From Verrucomicrobiia bacterium (lineage in GTDB: Bacteria; Verrucomicrobiota; Verrucomicrobiia; JADLBR01; JAIBCM01), in the NCBI GenBank assembly GCA_041395165.1, contig JAWLBA010000001.1, positions 4,925-68,924 on the forward strand: a DNA stretch of 64,000 nucleotides, written 5' to 3'. The position numbers and the translations under genes were made by a program. The notes under the pieces are model-generated. The model worked only from the letters and a program-made list of their open reading frames with translations. It had not been told where the DNA came from and did no database searches. Of the stretch, positions 27,674 through 38,277 are shown piece by piece. Numbering within the stretch: the stretch's first letter is position 1; the number at the start of each line of letters is the position of its first letter.

Positions 27674-28950
27674 AGTTTTTTTACTAAAACTTTAGAATTT
27701 CGCCCGCTCTGTTCCCATTTTTCGCAACGAGCTTTGGGTAAAATTTCTGCTCCTTTTGCTTCGGCAAAACCGCCCTTCTGTTGAAAAAAAGTAAAAGCTT
27801 GAGTCGATAAAACAAAAAGTTGTTTTAACCCTTTTCGTTGCGCTTCTTTCTCAATAAATGTCATTAATTTTTGACCAATTCCAGCATTCTCATGAGAAGA
27901 ATTGACGTACAAACAAGCTAATTCACCCACTTTTTCTTGCGGATAAAGATGTAACGCCACACAACCGATAATATTACGATCAACCTCGAACACATAATAA
28001 TCTTCTAACTGCTCCGTAATTTGGGTTTTGGTGCGGGGAACGAGTTCTTCGTTTTCTATCGCTCGTTTAATCAAACTATGAATCGCTGGCACATCCTGTT
28101 TTCGCGCCAGACGAATGGCTTGATAATCATTTGCATAAATCATCGTGCCCGTGCCTTCGTTTAAAAATATTTCACCTAAAAGCGCCTCGTCCTCAGTGCC
28201 ATTGACCATATGCACTCGACTGATGCCTTCTTTGCAAGCGCGAATGCCATAATTAATTTTAGATCGCAACACATCAGGAATTTCTGAAACACTTGCTTTC
28301 AAAAAATCTTCCGCCTCCGCCACACTTAACTGACCAATGATTTGATTGCCTGCACGTAACTTGCCTTGCGGCGTCACAAAAATAATTTTTGAAGCACTCA
28401 ACTCTTTTGCCACGGCAAATGCAATCGCATCAGAATTCACACGATAAGTTCGTCCTTCACCATCGAAACCCAACGGTGATAACACAGGAATTGTTCCTTG
28501 TTTTAAAGCTTCTTGAATCACCGAACTTTCCACTCGTTCGACCTTGCCAGTAAACTGATAATCTTTCCCTTTCAAAATTCCTACGGGTTGAGCAATGATG
28601 CTGTTGGAAGAAATACCGCGCAAATCCACGACCGAAAGCCCTTTCATAACCTCATGCGTGATGCGATTAGCTACCACAATCGCCGCTTCTAAAGTGCTTT
28701 CATCCGTAGGACCAGTTCCGTCAGCATTCGAAAGATTGAGTTGGTGTGTCTTTGCCCATGCTTTGAGCTGATGACTCATGCCGTGCACCAAAACCACGCG
28801 CACATTTAAATTCCATAGCACGGCAATATCGCGCAAAAGATTGGCAAAATTATCGTGCGCGATCACCTCACCATCGAGAGCGATCACAAATACTTTCATA
28901 CGATAACGCGGCACATAAGTTAAAATACCGCGCAGATCCGATACTTTCAT
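27670..28950 (-). CDS. argA: amino-acid N-acetyltransferase (N-acetylglutamate synthase; acetylglutamate-kinase-like domain plus GNAT domain)
   Basis: 426 aa. The N-terminal amino-acid kinase fold (VIALDGEV...VHGMSHQL) and the C-terminal GNAT (CVALHLYPQEKVGELACLYV...GIGQKLM) together are typical of ArgA. Confidence 0.75.
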   Translation of the reverse strand: MKVSDLRGILTYVPRYRMKVFVIALDGEVIAHDNFANLLRDIAVLWNLNVRVVLVHGMSHQLKAWAKTHQLNLSNADGTGPTDESTLEAAIVVANRITHEVMKGLSVVDLRGISSNSIIAQPVGILKGKDYQFTGKVERVESSVIQEALKQGTIPVLSPLGFDGEGRTYRVNSDAIAFAVAKELSASKIIFVTPQGKLRAGNQIIGQLSVAEAEDFLKASVSEIPDVLRSKINYGIRACKEGISRVHMVNGTEDEALLGEIFLNEGTGTMIYANDYQAIRLARKQDVPAIHSLIKRAIENEELVPRTKTQITEQLEDYYVFEVDRNIIGCVALHLYPQEKVGELACLYVNSSHENAGIGQKLMTFIEKEAQRKGLKQLFVLSTQAFTFFQQKGGFAEAKGAEILPKARCEKWEQSGRNSKVLVKKL

Positions 28951-28978
28951 AATTGCACTGAGATATATGCCGCGTTAT

Positions 28979-29851
28979 TTAGCGTTGGCAAGTTTCCTTC
29001 ACCCATTTTGCAGCCAATTGAATCGCGGCAATCATGCTCTGGGGATTAGCTCGATTGCAACTCGCTATGTCAAACGCGGTTCCATGATCGGGCGAAGTGC
29101 GCAAAAAGGGCAATCCCAGGGTGCAATTCACCCCCGTCTCAAAAGCCACCATTTTAAAAGGAATCAATCCCTGATCGTGATAAAGAGCAATCACTCCATC
29201 ATACTTTCCTTGAGCCGCTTGATAAAAAAGTGTGTCAGCTGAAAGAAGTGGCAAGGGTAAGCCCAATTTTTTTGATAACGATTTTAGCCAAGGTTGAATT
29301 TTTTCTTGCTCTTCCCTGCCAATCAAGCCGCCTTCCCCCGCATGAGGATTCAATCCCGCCACGGTCAATCGCACGGGCGTTTTTTTTATTTTTTTCAAAA
29401 AAGATAAGGCGTGACAAATCGTGCGCTCCAATTTTGTTTGGGTAATTAATCCAATCGCTTGCCGCAAACTGACATGTGTCGAAACCAAAAAAACATTCAG
29501 CTTCTCACTCACCATCGCCATCGTGACAGCGTCTTCTTTCAGTCCACAACGTTTTGCTAAAAATTCTGTCTGTCCAACAAAAGGAAAACCGCGTTTTGCT
29601 AAAGTTTCCTTACAAACTGGCCCCGTGACTAAAGCCTGAAATTTTCCTGACAAACATCCCGCCACACCTTCTTCCAAAGCGTCCCAAGCTATTTGTGCTC
29701 CACGGCTAGTTTTTGCTCCAAGCTTAGAAATTTTTCCAAGAACTTTATAATCACAAAAACGTGGTAATTTCCCGGATTGAAGCGCTTTTGCAACCACTTC
29801 AGGCCCCACGCCACCGAGATCTCCCAGGGTAATGGCAATAGTCGGCTTCAA
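28979..29851 (-). CDS. pdxA: 4-hydroxythreonine-4-phosphate dehydrogenase PdxA
   Basis: 290-aa ORF starting MKPTIAITLGDLGGVGPEV with HDQGLIPFK and DHGTAFDIA motifs. Lies downstream of surA, as in the E. coli surA-pdxA arrangement. Confidence 0.85.
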   Translation of the reverse strand: MKPTIAITLGDLGGVGPEVVAKALQSGKLPRFCDYKVLGKISKLGAKTSRGAQIAWDALEEGVAGCLSGKFQALVTGPVCKETLAKRGFPFVGQTEFLAKRCGLKEDAVTMAMVSEKLNVFLVSTHVSLRQAIGLITQTKLERTICHALSFLKKIKKTPVRLTVAGLNPHAGEGGLIGREEQEKIQPWLKSLSKKLGLPLPLLSADTLFYQAAQGKYDGVIALYHDQGLIPFKMVAFETGVNCTLGLPFLRTSPDHGTAFDIASCNRANPQSMIAAIQLAAKWVKETCQR

Positions 29852-30852
29852 AACATTTTAATGTAAGCTTTGCTACGCAGCCGATTTAACCATTGTTCCT
29901 GCGTTTTGCGTCGTTCTTCCACCAAAAGTTGACTTTCAATTTCGCTTCGTGCGTCTTCGATAGGTTTAATGCCAGCGCGTTTTCGTTCTTCAACTTTTAA
30001 AATATAATAGCCATCGTCGGTTTCGATAACCTGACTGTTTTGTTCCGGATTTAATTTGAAAGCAATATCGGCCAACTCTTTGCGCAACGTGTCTCGCGAA
30101 ACCCAACCCAAATCTCCTCCATCCGCGCTCGCGGGTCCTTCAGAATAAGTGCTCGCTAAATCGGCGAAGTTTTCGCCCGCTTCTAATTTTAACAATGTTT
30201 CCAATGCCAAATCATATTGTGGATCGGAAGGTTTGGAAATCTCACTCGCGTTAGTGTCTGAGTTTTCCGGTGGAGAAGTTCTTTTGAAAAAAATCATACT
30301 AAGACGAACTTGATCGGGCGTGGCAAATTTCGAAGCATTTTCAAAGTAATATTCTTCAATTTTAAATGGCGACACGATTACCTCTTCCGATACAAATTTT
30401 TGCCGCATAATACGAACCACAAGGCTATCGCGTTGATCCTGTTTGAATTGATCAAGCGTTTTCCCCATCGCTTTTAACGTTTTGATAAAAGCCACACGAT
30501 CCCCATCAAACTTAGTGCGAACAATATCGTAAACCTGATCTTCAACTACATTATCTGGCAAAAAATAGCCCTTGCTATTAAACTCCTGGATAATCAGCTC
30601 GCGTTCAATCAAAGCTCTCAACGCTTCCAAACGAATCTCTTTCACCCGATCCATCAGTTCACCGCCTTGCAAGCCGGAATCACTCAACGCCTGTTCGGCG
30701 TCTTGAACTTGTCGTTTTACTTCAGAAAAAGTGATAACCTTACCATTTACCACTGCTGCAATTCCATCGGTATTCTGCGCCACAAGCGGCGCTGCTCCTA
30801 AAAGGCATCCCAACACAATCCAGCATTTTTGACACAACTTCATGGCGCTCAT
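29848..30852 (-). CDS. surA: periplasmic chaperone / peptidyl-prolyl isomerase SurA-like (parvulin domain)
   Basis: Signal peptide followed by a SurA N-domain and one PpiC domain (GGDLGWVSRDTL...DDGYYILKVEE). Overlaps pdxA by 4 nt. Confidence 0.75.
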   Translation of the reverse strand: MSAMKLCQKCWIVLGCLLGAAPLVAQNTDGIAAVVNGKVITFSEVKRQVQDAEQALSDSGLQGGELMDRVKEIRLEALRALIERELIIQEFNSKGYFLPDNVVEDQVYDIVRTKFDGDRVAFIKTLKAMGKTLDQFKQDQRDSLVVRIMRQKFVSEEVIVSPFKIEEYYFENASKFATPDQVRLSMIFFKRTSPPENSDTNASEISKPSDPQYDLALETLLKLEAGENFADLASTYSEGPASADGGDLGWVSRDTLRKELADIAFKLNPEQNSQVIETDDGYYILKVEERKRAGIKPIEDARSEIESQLLVEERRKTQEQWLNRLRSKAYIKMF

Positions 30853-30975
30853 TATTAGTGGGTGGCCCCAAATATGACAAGTCGTAACTCACCAACTTAA
30901 CTGGCACCTGAAAAAACTGGTCGCCTATTGTTACCGATCAAAATAATGCTTGCCTTCCCATGAAACTTCTTCAAG

Positions 30976-31251
30976 ATGTTGCGTTTTCGAAAAATAACTA
31001 TGAAAACTGAATTTCTACAAACCGCTTTAGGCAACGTTCCTAATTCCCAAGTTTTAATTAATGTAGTCTCACGACGCGTTAAACAATTGGGCCAAGGCTT
31101 TCGTCCTTTAGTTGCTGTCGACCCCCGATGGTCTTTTATGGAAGTGGCTCTTAAAGAAATTGCCGATAGCAAATTAACTTTCGAACAACTCGCTCCACAA
31201 GAAGTTGCTCCGACTAAAACAAGAAAAAATACCAAGAAAAAACGCAGTTAA
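30976..31251 (+). CDS. rpoZ: DNA-directed RNA polymerase subunit omega (start possibly at the internal Met of MKTEF)
   Basis: Small ORF with the LINVVSRRVKQLGQG pattern resembling the RpoZ core. Sits next to smpB. Confidence 0.55.
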   Translation: MLRFRKITMKTEFLQTALGNVPNSQVLINVVSRRVKQLGQGFRPLVAVDPRWSFMEVALKEIADSKLTFEQLAPQEVAPTKTRKNTKKKRS

Positions 31252-31278
31252 TCGCGTTTTTTCAAAGTCATCTTTATC

Positions 31279-31749
31279 ATGGCTGAAAGTTCCTCAGCCC
31301 CATCCATCGCTACTAATCGTAAGGCTCGACACGATTTTCATATTAAAGAAACCATTGAAGCCGGTCTGGTTTTAACCGGCACGGAAATTAAGTCCATTCG
31401 CGCTGGCAAAGTTAATATCGCCGACTCTTTCGCTCGTCTTGAAAAAGGCGAGGCTTACCTTTACCAAATGGATGTTGCACTCTATGACAAAGGGAATATT
31501 CATAATCACGATCCGCGACGCATTCGCAAACTACTCCTTCACAAATCCGAAATTCAACGCCTTTTCCAACTCAGCGCTGTGAAGGGAAATATTTTAGTCG
31601 GCCTAGAACTTTATTGGAAACGCGGCCATGTCAAAATATTACTCGGCCTCGCTCAAGGCAAAACGCACGGCGACCGAAGACAAACCATCAAACAAACCGA
31701 AGCCAAACGTGAAATAGATCGTGCTATTAAGAATCGGTTAAAACGCTAA
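31279..31749 (+). CDS. smpB: SsrA-binding protein SmpB
   Basis: 156 aa with the IATNRKARHDFHIKETIEAGLVLTGTEIKS...WKRGHV...KTHGDRR consensus. Confidence 0.9.
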   Translation: MAESSSAPSIATNRKARHDFHIKETIEAGLVLTGTEIKSIRAGKVNIADSFARLEKGEAYLYQMDVALYDKGNIHNHDPRRIRKLLLHKSEIQRLFQLSAVKGNILVGLELYWKRGHVKILLGLAQGKTHGDRRQTIKQTEAKREIDRAIKNRLKR

Positions 31750-31826
31750 ACTGCATCGCATTTCAGCAAAAACGATCAAGTATTTTCTAAAAAAACGTCC
31801 TACTCTGCTTTAAGAAAGACGTTTTA

Positions 31827-32723
31827 ATGAAATCGGCCACCTTAAAATTTTATAAAGAAAAATTGTTGCGAGTATTGATTTATATTCAGCAACAGCTCGA
31901 TGAGCCATTAACGCTTAAGATTTTAGCCGCTCAAGCTCATTTATCGCCTTACCATTTTCATCGTATTTTCACCGGCATGATTGGTGAATCACTTCATCTT
32001 CATATCCGACGTTTACGATTGGAACGCTCTGCGATGCAACTTAAACACAACCAAAAATCCGTGATTCAAATCGCTTTTGAGGCAGGCTATGAAACCCATG
32101 AAGCATTTAGTCGCGCTTTTCGAAATGTTTTTCACTTATCTCCTTCACAATTTCGAAAAAAAAATAGATCTATACAGATCTATTCTCGATCCGGCATCCA
32201 TTACCATCCCAATCACATTTTGAAAAATTTTAAAACTCAACCCAAACAAAAAGGAATCCAAATGAAAGTAAATCTGAAAACTCTTGAACCTCAACTTGTC
32301 GCCTTTATACGCCACACAGGACCTTACTCCGAATGCGGCACAGCCTGGGATCGCCTTCTCACACTCCTCGGCAAAGAAGGACTCATTGACAGCAAAACTC
32401 AATTCATTGGTCTATGTCATGACGACCCCGAAATCACACCCTCCGATAAAATACGTTACGACGCATGTGTTACAGTAGACAAACATTTCAAACCTGACGG
32501 GGAGATTGGCATTCAAACTATTTCGGGTGGAGATTATGCTGTCTTAACCCATTTTGGTTCGTATTCAAAACTGAATGAAAGTTATAAAAAATTGATCGGC
32601 ACATGGATCCCACGCAGTGGACGTGAATTACGATCTTCACCCTGCTTCGAAATTTATCTCAATTCCCCTGAAAATACAGAGCCCGAAGATTTAATCACCG
32701 ATATTTATGCTCCTCTCAAATAA
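31827..32723 (+). CDS. AraC family transcriptional regulator with GyrI-like effector-binding domain
   Basis: N-terminal HTH_AraC (LSPYHFHRIF...AGYETHEAFSRAF) and a C-terminal GyrI-like domain. Confidence 0.8.
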   Translation: MKSATLKFYKEKLLRVLIYIQQQLDEPLTLKILAAQAHLSPYHFHRIFTGMIGESLHLHIRRLRLERSAMQLKHNQKSVIQIAFEAGYETHEAFSRAFRNVFHLSPSQFRKKNRSIQIYSRSGIHYHPNHILKNFKTQPKQKGIQMKVNLKTLEPQLVAFIRHTGPYSECGTAWDRLLTLLGKEGLIDSKTQFIGLCHDDPEITPSDKIRYDACVTVDKHFKPDGEIGIQTISGGDYAVLTHFGSYSKLNESYKKLIGTWIPRSGRELRSSPCFEIYLNSPENTEPEDLITDIYAPLK

Positions 32724-32744
32724 CCATTCAACAATAAGCATTTT

Positions 32745-33353
32745 ATGGAAAAAATAGATTTATACCGGATTCACAAATCAGAATACATTGCCCCTAAAAA
32801 ACCAACGCTATTACAGATCGAGCCTGCTTATTATCTTGCCATTAGCGGCCAAGGAAAACCTGGCAATGAAAAGTTTACAACTAAGATTGAAGCATTGTAT
32901 GGAGTCGCTTTTACATTAAAAATGACGCGTAAATTTAAAGGGCAACAAGATTACACTATAGGCAAATTAGAATGCCTATGGTTCATTGATGGCAAAAAGA
33001 TTGCTGATCAAACATCGCAAGATCGATGGCGCTGGAAACTACTCATTCGAACTCCTGATTTTGTTACTCAATCCGAATTAGATCATACTATTACCACTCT
33101 TTTAAAAAAAGGAAAGGAACCCGCGATTCGTGAGGTTAACCTAGAACTCTTAAACGAGGGTCAGTGCGTGCAAATGCTTCATGTCGGACCTTACGACCAA
33201 GAATCAAAAACCATTGCAATCATGAAATCCTTTACCGAAGCTAAGGGATTAAGCTTAAAAGGGCCTCATCACGAAATCTATCTTTCAGATCCTCGCAGAG
33301 TTCCTTCTGAACGATTAAAAACTATTCTTCGTGAACCAGTAACAACTCAATAA
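32745..33353 (+). CDS. GyrI-like small-molecule-binding domain protein
   Basis: 202-aa ORF with architecture similar to the C-terminal half of the preceding gene (PAYYLAISGQG...HEIYLSDP). Confidence 0.65.
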   Translation: MEKIDLYRIHKSEYIAPKKPTLLQIEPAYYLAISGQGKPGNEKFTTKIEALYGVAFTLKMTRKFKGQQDYTIGKLECLWFIDGKKIADQTSQDRWRWKLLIRTPDFVTQSELDHTITTLLKKGKEPAIREVNLELLNEGQCVQMLHVGPYDQESKTIAIMKSFTEAKGLSLKGPHHEIYLSDPRRVPSERLKTILREPVTTQ

Positions 33354-33414
33354 ATTAAAAACAGGGGTTGAAACCCACTTACGGCTTATCGGAATTGACG
33401 AAACATTAAATCTG

Positions 33415-34339
33415 GTGCATGTTATTAGCATGGAGGAGAAGAACGTTAAATACGTTAGCCGCTGCTTTGATTGCAGTATTCGATTAACTGGTTTTTTACT
33501 AGGGGCTCTTGCTTTGTTTTTTTTAGAAAATTCGTCACTAGCGGTTAATGCTTTAAACCGCGCACGATTTACGGAAGTAGTCAATCAAGTAGAAGTGATT
33601 CCTCCTAATGACGCTCCTAAAAAACAGGCACAAGTTGGCTCTCTTTTTCAAATGCCTGAAATTTTACAAACGGGTAGCCGATCCCGTGCAGAACTGGTTG
33701 CAGAAGATAAAACCGTAACGCGTGTGGGAGCCAATACCATTTTTTCCTTTCAACCTCGGGATCGTACGATTCAATTGAAACGTGGCAGCCTGCTTTTTCA
33801 TGCTCCGAAAGGGCGTGGTGGCGGAACGATTCAAACCGCTGCCGCCACTGCCGCGGTGTTGGGCACAACGATTATTGTTATGACCACCGATGACGGTGGC
33901 TTCAAATGTCTCGTATTGGAAGGCCAAGGAGAAGTGACTTTGCCCAATGGATTTCGTCAAAAAAGTTAATGCCGGCGAGTTGGTTTTTATTCGGCCGGGC
34001 TCCAAAAAAATTTCCAAACCCTTACCCTACAATCTTTCGCAACAGGTGGAAAATTCCTTGCTCGTTCAAGGTTTTTCACATCCGCTACTTTCTTTAAATA
34101 AAATTAGTCATGCGATTAATGCGCAACGACAAAATTTTCCATATCTTGCCTACGAATCTGAAGCTCCATTTATTGCTAATTTTCAACATCAAAAAGATTA
34201 CGCTTTGGTGGATCCCAATTCGCGAGTTCATTTAAATCCCACTTCTCAAAAAGAGGCGCCAAAACCTGAGCCGCCCACCACTTTGCCTCCACCCACACGC
34301 AAAAATCCTCCTCGACTTCCACCCCCTATTCCAGGTTAA
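33415..34339 (+). pseudogene. FecR domain protein (anti-sigma-like, TM segment, Pro-rich C-terminus) with a frameshift near 33945..33965
   Basis: ORF 33415..33969 ends ...GEVTLPNGFRQKS*. The offset-2 ORF from 33947 reads MDFVKKVNAGELVFIRPGS..., which is the continuation expected for a FecR domain. An A6 run lies at 33959..33964. Confidence 0.6.
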
Positions 34340-34351
34340 TATTGGATTTCT

Positions 34352-35383
34352 ATGCGATTTCTTTTTCGCTGTTGCCTGATAGGAATTTTTGGAAGTTTTT
34401 TTATTCTATCAATTCAGTGCCAAACTGCAGCGCAACAAATTGAACAAGTCGAACAAGTCAATCGACTCCGTGATTTAAGACGCTCGCTCTTTGATGTGCC
34501 CGAAACAATGAATAAGGCGCCCTTAATTTCCGAAGAAGAGTTGGAAGATGTCGGCCCCCAATATTTGCTCCGTTTTAAACCTAAACGAGAATGGTTCGAA
34601 GCCTTGTTCGATGTCCAATATTACTACACTTCCAACTTCAATCTAAATGAAGAAAAAAGTGAAAGGAATCCCGTAGGCGAAATTGACACGGGCGTGCTCG
34701 TGAGCACAGCTCAATTTGCGTTTGCTCCCAGCCCCTTCCGGGTTTGGGACGGTTGGTTAAGCCCGCGAGTGGGTTACCGTCATCAATGGTATAATTATGG
34801 TTTGGATAATACGGACAACCAACTCAACAACTTCGATTTTGATGTGCAAACAGTTTTTGGCGAAGTGAGTTATCAATTTTTAGAAAATTGGAATGCCCGG
34901 ATTGGGTTAAGTTGGACGCGACTTCTCAACCACGAAGACGTCGGCAATCGAGAAGATTACAGTGAATTTTATAAGGAATTTGTGCCAGAGTGGGAAATTC
35001 AACGCTACATCAAAATTAATCCCAACTCTCTCTTCGTGATCGGTTATGAAGGCAACTATCATCATACCGAAGTCGATCCTACCCCCAACGCCTACATTAA
35101 CGATCGCATGGATCATATCTTAACATTAACTTATCTGCATCAACTCACTTCCCACATTATTTTACAACCGTATTATCGCTTCACCTATACCGATTTTTGG
35201 GAAAATGGAGATCGCAACGATTTTCTTCATTCTTTCGGTCTAGTAGCGAGTTATCATTTCAATAAATGGTCCAGCATTCGCCTCTTTTGCAACTACGATA
35301 AAAGAGAATCTGACGATCCTTTCGTTCCCGACTATGAAAAAATTGATGCAGGCGGCGGTGCAACTTTAGTTTTTCGATTTTAA
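34352..35383 (+). CDS. outer-membrane beta-barrel protein (343 aa)
   Basis: Signal peptide, alternating amphipathic beta-strand pattern and a C-terminal ...ATLVFRF ending in Phe. Confidence 0.55.
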   Translation: MRFLFRCCLIGIFGSFFILSIQCQTAAQQIEQVEQVNRLRDLRRSLFDVPETMNKAPLISEEELEDVGPQYLLRFKPKREWFEALFDVQYYYTSNFNLNEEKSERNPVGEIDTGVLVSTAQFAFAPSPFRVWDGWLSPRVGYRHQWYNYGLDNTDNQLNNFDFDVQTVFGEVSYQFLENWNARIGLSWTRLLNHEDVGNREDYSEFYKEFVPEWEIQRYIKINPNSLFVIGYEGNYHHTEVDPTPNAYINDRMDHILTLTYLHQLTSHIILQPYYRFTYTDFWENGDRNDFLHSFGLVASYHFNKWSSIRLFCNYDKRESDDPFVPDYEKIDAGGGATLVFRF

Positions 35384-36985
35384 TTAAAACACTCTTTGAA
35401 TTAATAAAGATTCTTCCGCTTTTAAATTTTTAGCTTTCGCTGTTAAATCTTCCCAAGGTTGTAGTTGATTTTTTTGAAAAGTCCGGCTCATCACCACATA
35501 AATCGATGTTTGATCTCCACCAATTCCTGCCAGTTCAATATTTGACCAGGTTTTCGCTTTGACTTGATCGGTCACAGAAAGTTTATCCTCTTGCCATTCC
35601 AAAACTCGTTCAAAAGTGAAAGGAGCGGGCTGCGGGTTAGTAATTAAAATTTTTTGTAAAATACGACGAATTAAATCAGGAAAAAATCGACCCCCTGTTA
35701 ACATAATAACCCGTAGTGCGATAAGTCGAAAAGGCGTCATTAATTTTTGTTTGGCCCAACCTAAACTTCCTCCAATCGAAACACGATCCGTTTCGACACG
35801 AGTTTGATAATTTCCAACTAAATGTGCTACTGCATTTTTATTTTTCTTACCTTCCCACACTAAAAAAGAAAGTTGCGTATCGGAAACTATCAATTTATTA
35901 CCTCGAAAAAATTTGAAAACTCCTCCTTTATTCAAAGCGAGATAAAGTTCCGCATCTTTCCGACGCTCAATCAAAATTTTAGCCCCAGCTAGCCACGTTC
36001 GGCCCTGTCTGCGATCAGGCACTGGGGGACGTTCTTTCACAAAATCTTGCCACGCCAAAAAATAATTCCATGTGTGATGCCCAATAATATGATCATCGGC
36101 ATAACACGGGGCCATCCCATGTTCGGCGCCTTTTAAAAAAGCATCATTTATTGCAAGCGCTTCTGGCATCCATTTGCCAATCAACTCAAAACCGTTCGGA
36201 AAAAAATTATAAGTATTGCGACTCGTATACTCTCCTCCAAATGAGCCATCCGGATGCACAAAAAGGGCCGCTAATTTAACCGCTTTTTCCAATGCTTCCC
36301 TCAGCGCAGGAGTGGGATTTTTTTCATACAAACGCGCTAAACAAAAAACAGTTAAAGTATGATAACCCGGATCGCATCCTTCATATTCCGGAAACCAGCC
36401 TTCTTCATGTTGCCAGGATAAAATTTTTTCTAATCGTCTATGCTGCGCATTCTTCCAAACATCTGTTTTCAACAACTCACCGCTCGCTTGCAATCCCAAC
36501 GCTATCAAAGCCTGATGATTTGTTAACTTCCCGCTTTCTTCATGTTCCGCCAACCAATTGGCCCGTTTGCGAAAAAAATGAAGCGCTTCATCATTTTTTA
36601 AATTCAAAAGGCGATAACTCTCTATACAGGCTAAAAGTGAAAATGCCGCGGCTCCAGCCGCCTTTTCATAAGGAAAATAATCGTCGCATGAACCATCAGG
36701 ATGTGCGCTCCGCGCCGCATATAAAATTGCTGCTTCCACCCATTGTTTAAGCGCCGGCTGTTGGTAAAAAGCGTTATTTGGTAAATTAACCTGATAAGCT
36801 AAAGCAAGCGGCCAACAAAATTCCTGAGCCATGCCACTCGGAAAATCGATGATCTTATACTGCCAAAAATTTCGATCAAAACAGCCATAAGTTGGGCTGT
36901 GAACATTGCGATCGAGTAAGGTTAATAATTTTGGAATTTGCGCCAGCGCTTCTCGAGCAAACCATTCACCATTATTTGTTGTCAT
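35384..36985 (-). CDS. hypothetical protein (533 aa), possibly alpha/alpha-toroid polysaccharide lyase/hydrolase-like
   Basis: Long intact ORF rich in W/Y/F aromatic residues. No confident family assignment from sequence alone. Confidence 0.45.
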   Translation of the reverse strand: MTTNNGEWFAREALAQIPKLLTLLDRNVHSPTYGCFDRNFWQYKIIDFPSGMAQEFCWPLALAYQVNLPNNAFYQQPALKQWVEAAILYAARSAHPDGSCDDYFPYEKAAGAAAFSLLACIESYRLLNLKNDEALHFFRKRANWLAEHEESGKLTNHQALIALGLQASGELLKTDVWKNAQHRRLEKILSWQHEEGWFPEYEGCDPGYHTLTVFCLARLYEKNPTPALREALEKAVKLAALFVHPDGSFGGEYTSRNTYNFFPNGFELIGKWMPEALAINDAFLKGAEHGMAPCYADDHIIGHHTWNYFLAWQDFVKERPPVPDRRQGRTWLAGAKILIERRKDAELYLALNKGGVFKFFRGNKLIVSDTQLSFLVWEGKKNKNAVAHLVGNYQTRVETDRVSIGGSLGWAKQKLMTPFRLIALRVIMLTGGRFFPDLIRRILQKILITNPQPAPFTFERVLEWQEDKLSVTDQVKAKTWSNIELAGIGGDQTSIYVVMSRTFQKNQLQPWEDLTAKAKNLKAEESLLIQRVF

Positions 36986-36994
36986 ACTTTTTTA

Positions 36995-38170
36995 TCACTC
37001 GCGCGATAATTCATCTATCTTCTCTAAAAGTTCGTTTTTCGAAAGAATTTTTTTCTTTTTCCCTTCTCCATTATTTTCTTTTTCTAAAACACGTTTAAGC
37101 AAGGGTTCAGGAGAGCCAATCAAACGTTCATGATAGAGCGTTTGCCAGGGTTCCGATAATTTAGTTTTAGGCAACCATGCTTCATGTTCCAATAAAATAT
37201 GTGTCACACCATATTTTTCTAAAAATTGTTGAATTACTTCTTTTTCAGTTGCCGTCCATACTACAAAACTATCATTCAACCGCTCTTTGGCTGCATGATA
37301 AAAAGTTTGATGATAAGGCAAAGACAATTCAATCGAAGCGATAATCGGGGTTCGAACTAAAAGAGGTAAAGCGTCACCCAATTGACTTGCCGGAAATGTT
37401 GCAACAATCGGTCCAGGAACAGAAACTAACTTTTCTCGAACTAAATCGGCTTCTGACTCCTTATGATAGTTTTGGTTGCTGAAATGATAATTCATTAAAA
37501 AAAGCAATATTGGAACCAAACCACATCCTAAAAACAAACGCCGATTCCAAACAGAAACAACTAACAATCCCGAAATGATTGGAACACTATAATAAATATA
37601 ACGATTGGGATGAAACAAACGAAACCAAAACGCGTGAGCGAGAAAAAACAAAAAAAAGCCACTTGCTAATAAAATAATTAGCCACATCCATTTTCGGCCT
37701 AAGAACTCTTCACGAGAAAAAAATCGTGTTTTAAAGCCACACAAAATTCCTAACCCCAAAAATAGCCAGGCCGCTTGGACATCACGCGTCATAAAACCGC
37801 TGCGTGTTCCGGTAAACCAAAACTCCCAAGGATTCGAAGAAAAATAAACGGCACGACCGCCTTTGTGAAATTCTGGCAACGTAAGCGCTTGCGATCGAGT
37901 AATAGTAGGAGCAAATTCAGCTAAGCGATGAGATTGATAATAAGCGACCCCTAGTAAAACTCCAAAACTTAATCCTACAACTAAACTGATTTTCCAAAAT
38001 CGCATTTTTTTTTGAAAAAAATTTTCTATTCCCAAAACCGCGAGCAAGACAAATCCTAAAACTGCTAAAGGCGCGTAAAAAGTGCCGTCAAAATAACGAC
38101 ACAAGCTAGTCGAATCAGATGATTGGCTAAGATGGCTTCTAACATCATTAAAACACATAAACCCGCCCAA
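36995..38170 (-). CDS. polytopic membrane protein with C-terminal soluble domain (391 aa), possibly a GtrC/ArnT-like glycosyltransferase partner
   Basis: Multiple hydrophobic segments. TTG or internal ATG start. Located directly downstream of a GT2 polyprenyl-phosphate glycosyltransferase. Confidence 0.5.
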   Translation of the reverse strand: MGGFMCFNDVRSHLSQSSDSTSLCRYFDGTFYAPLAVLGFVLLAVLGIENFFQKKMRFWKISLVVGLSFGVLLGVAYYQSHRLAEFAPTITRSQALTLPEFHKGGRAVYFSSNPWEFWFTGTRSGFMTRDVQAAWLFLGLGILCGFKTRFFSREEFLGRKWMWLIILLASGFFLFFLAHAFWFRLFHPNRYIYYSVPIISGLLVVSVWNRRLFLGCGLVPILLFLMNYHFSNQNYHKESEADLVREKLVSVPGPIVATFPASQLGDALPLLVRTPIIASIELSLPYHQTFYHAAKERLNDSFVVWTATEKEVIQQFLEKYGVTHILLEHEAWLPKTKLSEPWQTLYHERLIGSPEPLLKRVLEKENNGEGKKKKILSKNELLEKIDELSRE

Positions 38171-38277
38171 GCTCGAGGCGTGCTACTGATTAAATCATCA
38201 CCACTCCACAAAAAAGCCTGGATAAAAGCTACAAGAAAAAGGTTTTGGCAAAAATTTCCTTTTTAAAAAGAGGTTGC

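Noticed and set aside
31750-31826. Looked for tmRNA (ssrA) next to smpB and for tRNA genes in intergenic spacers.
   Set aside because: The spacer after smpB is only 77 nt and contains just an 8-bp inverted repeat (aaaacgtc...gacgtttt) overlapping the next gene's RBS. No cloverleaf-like or tmRNA-like sequence is seen anywhere in the window.
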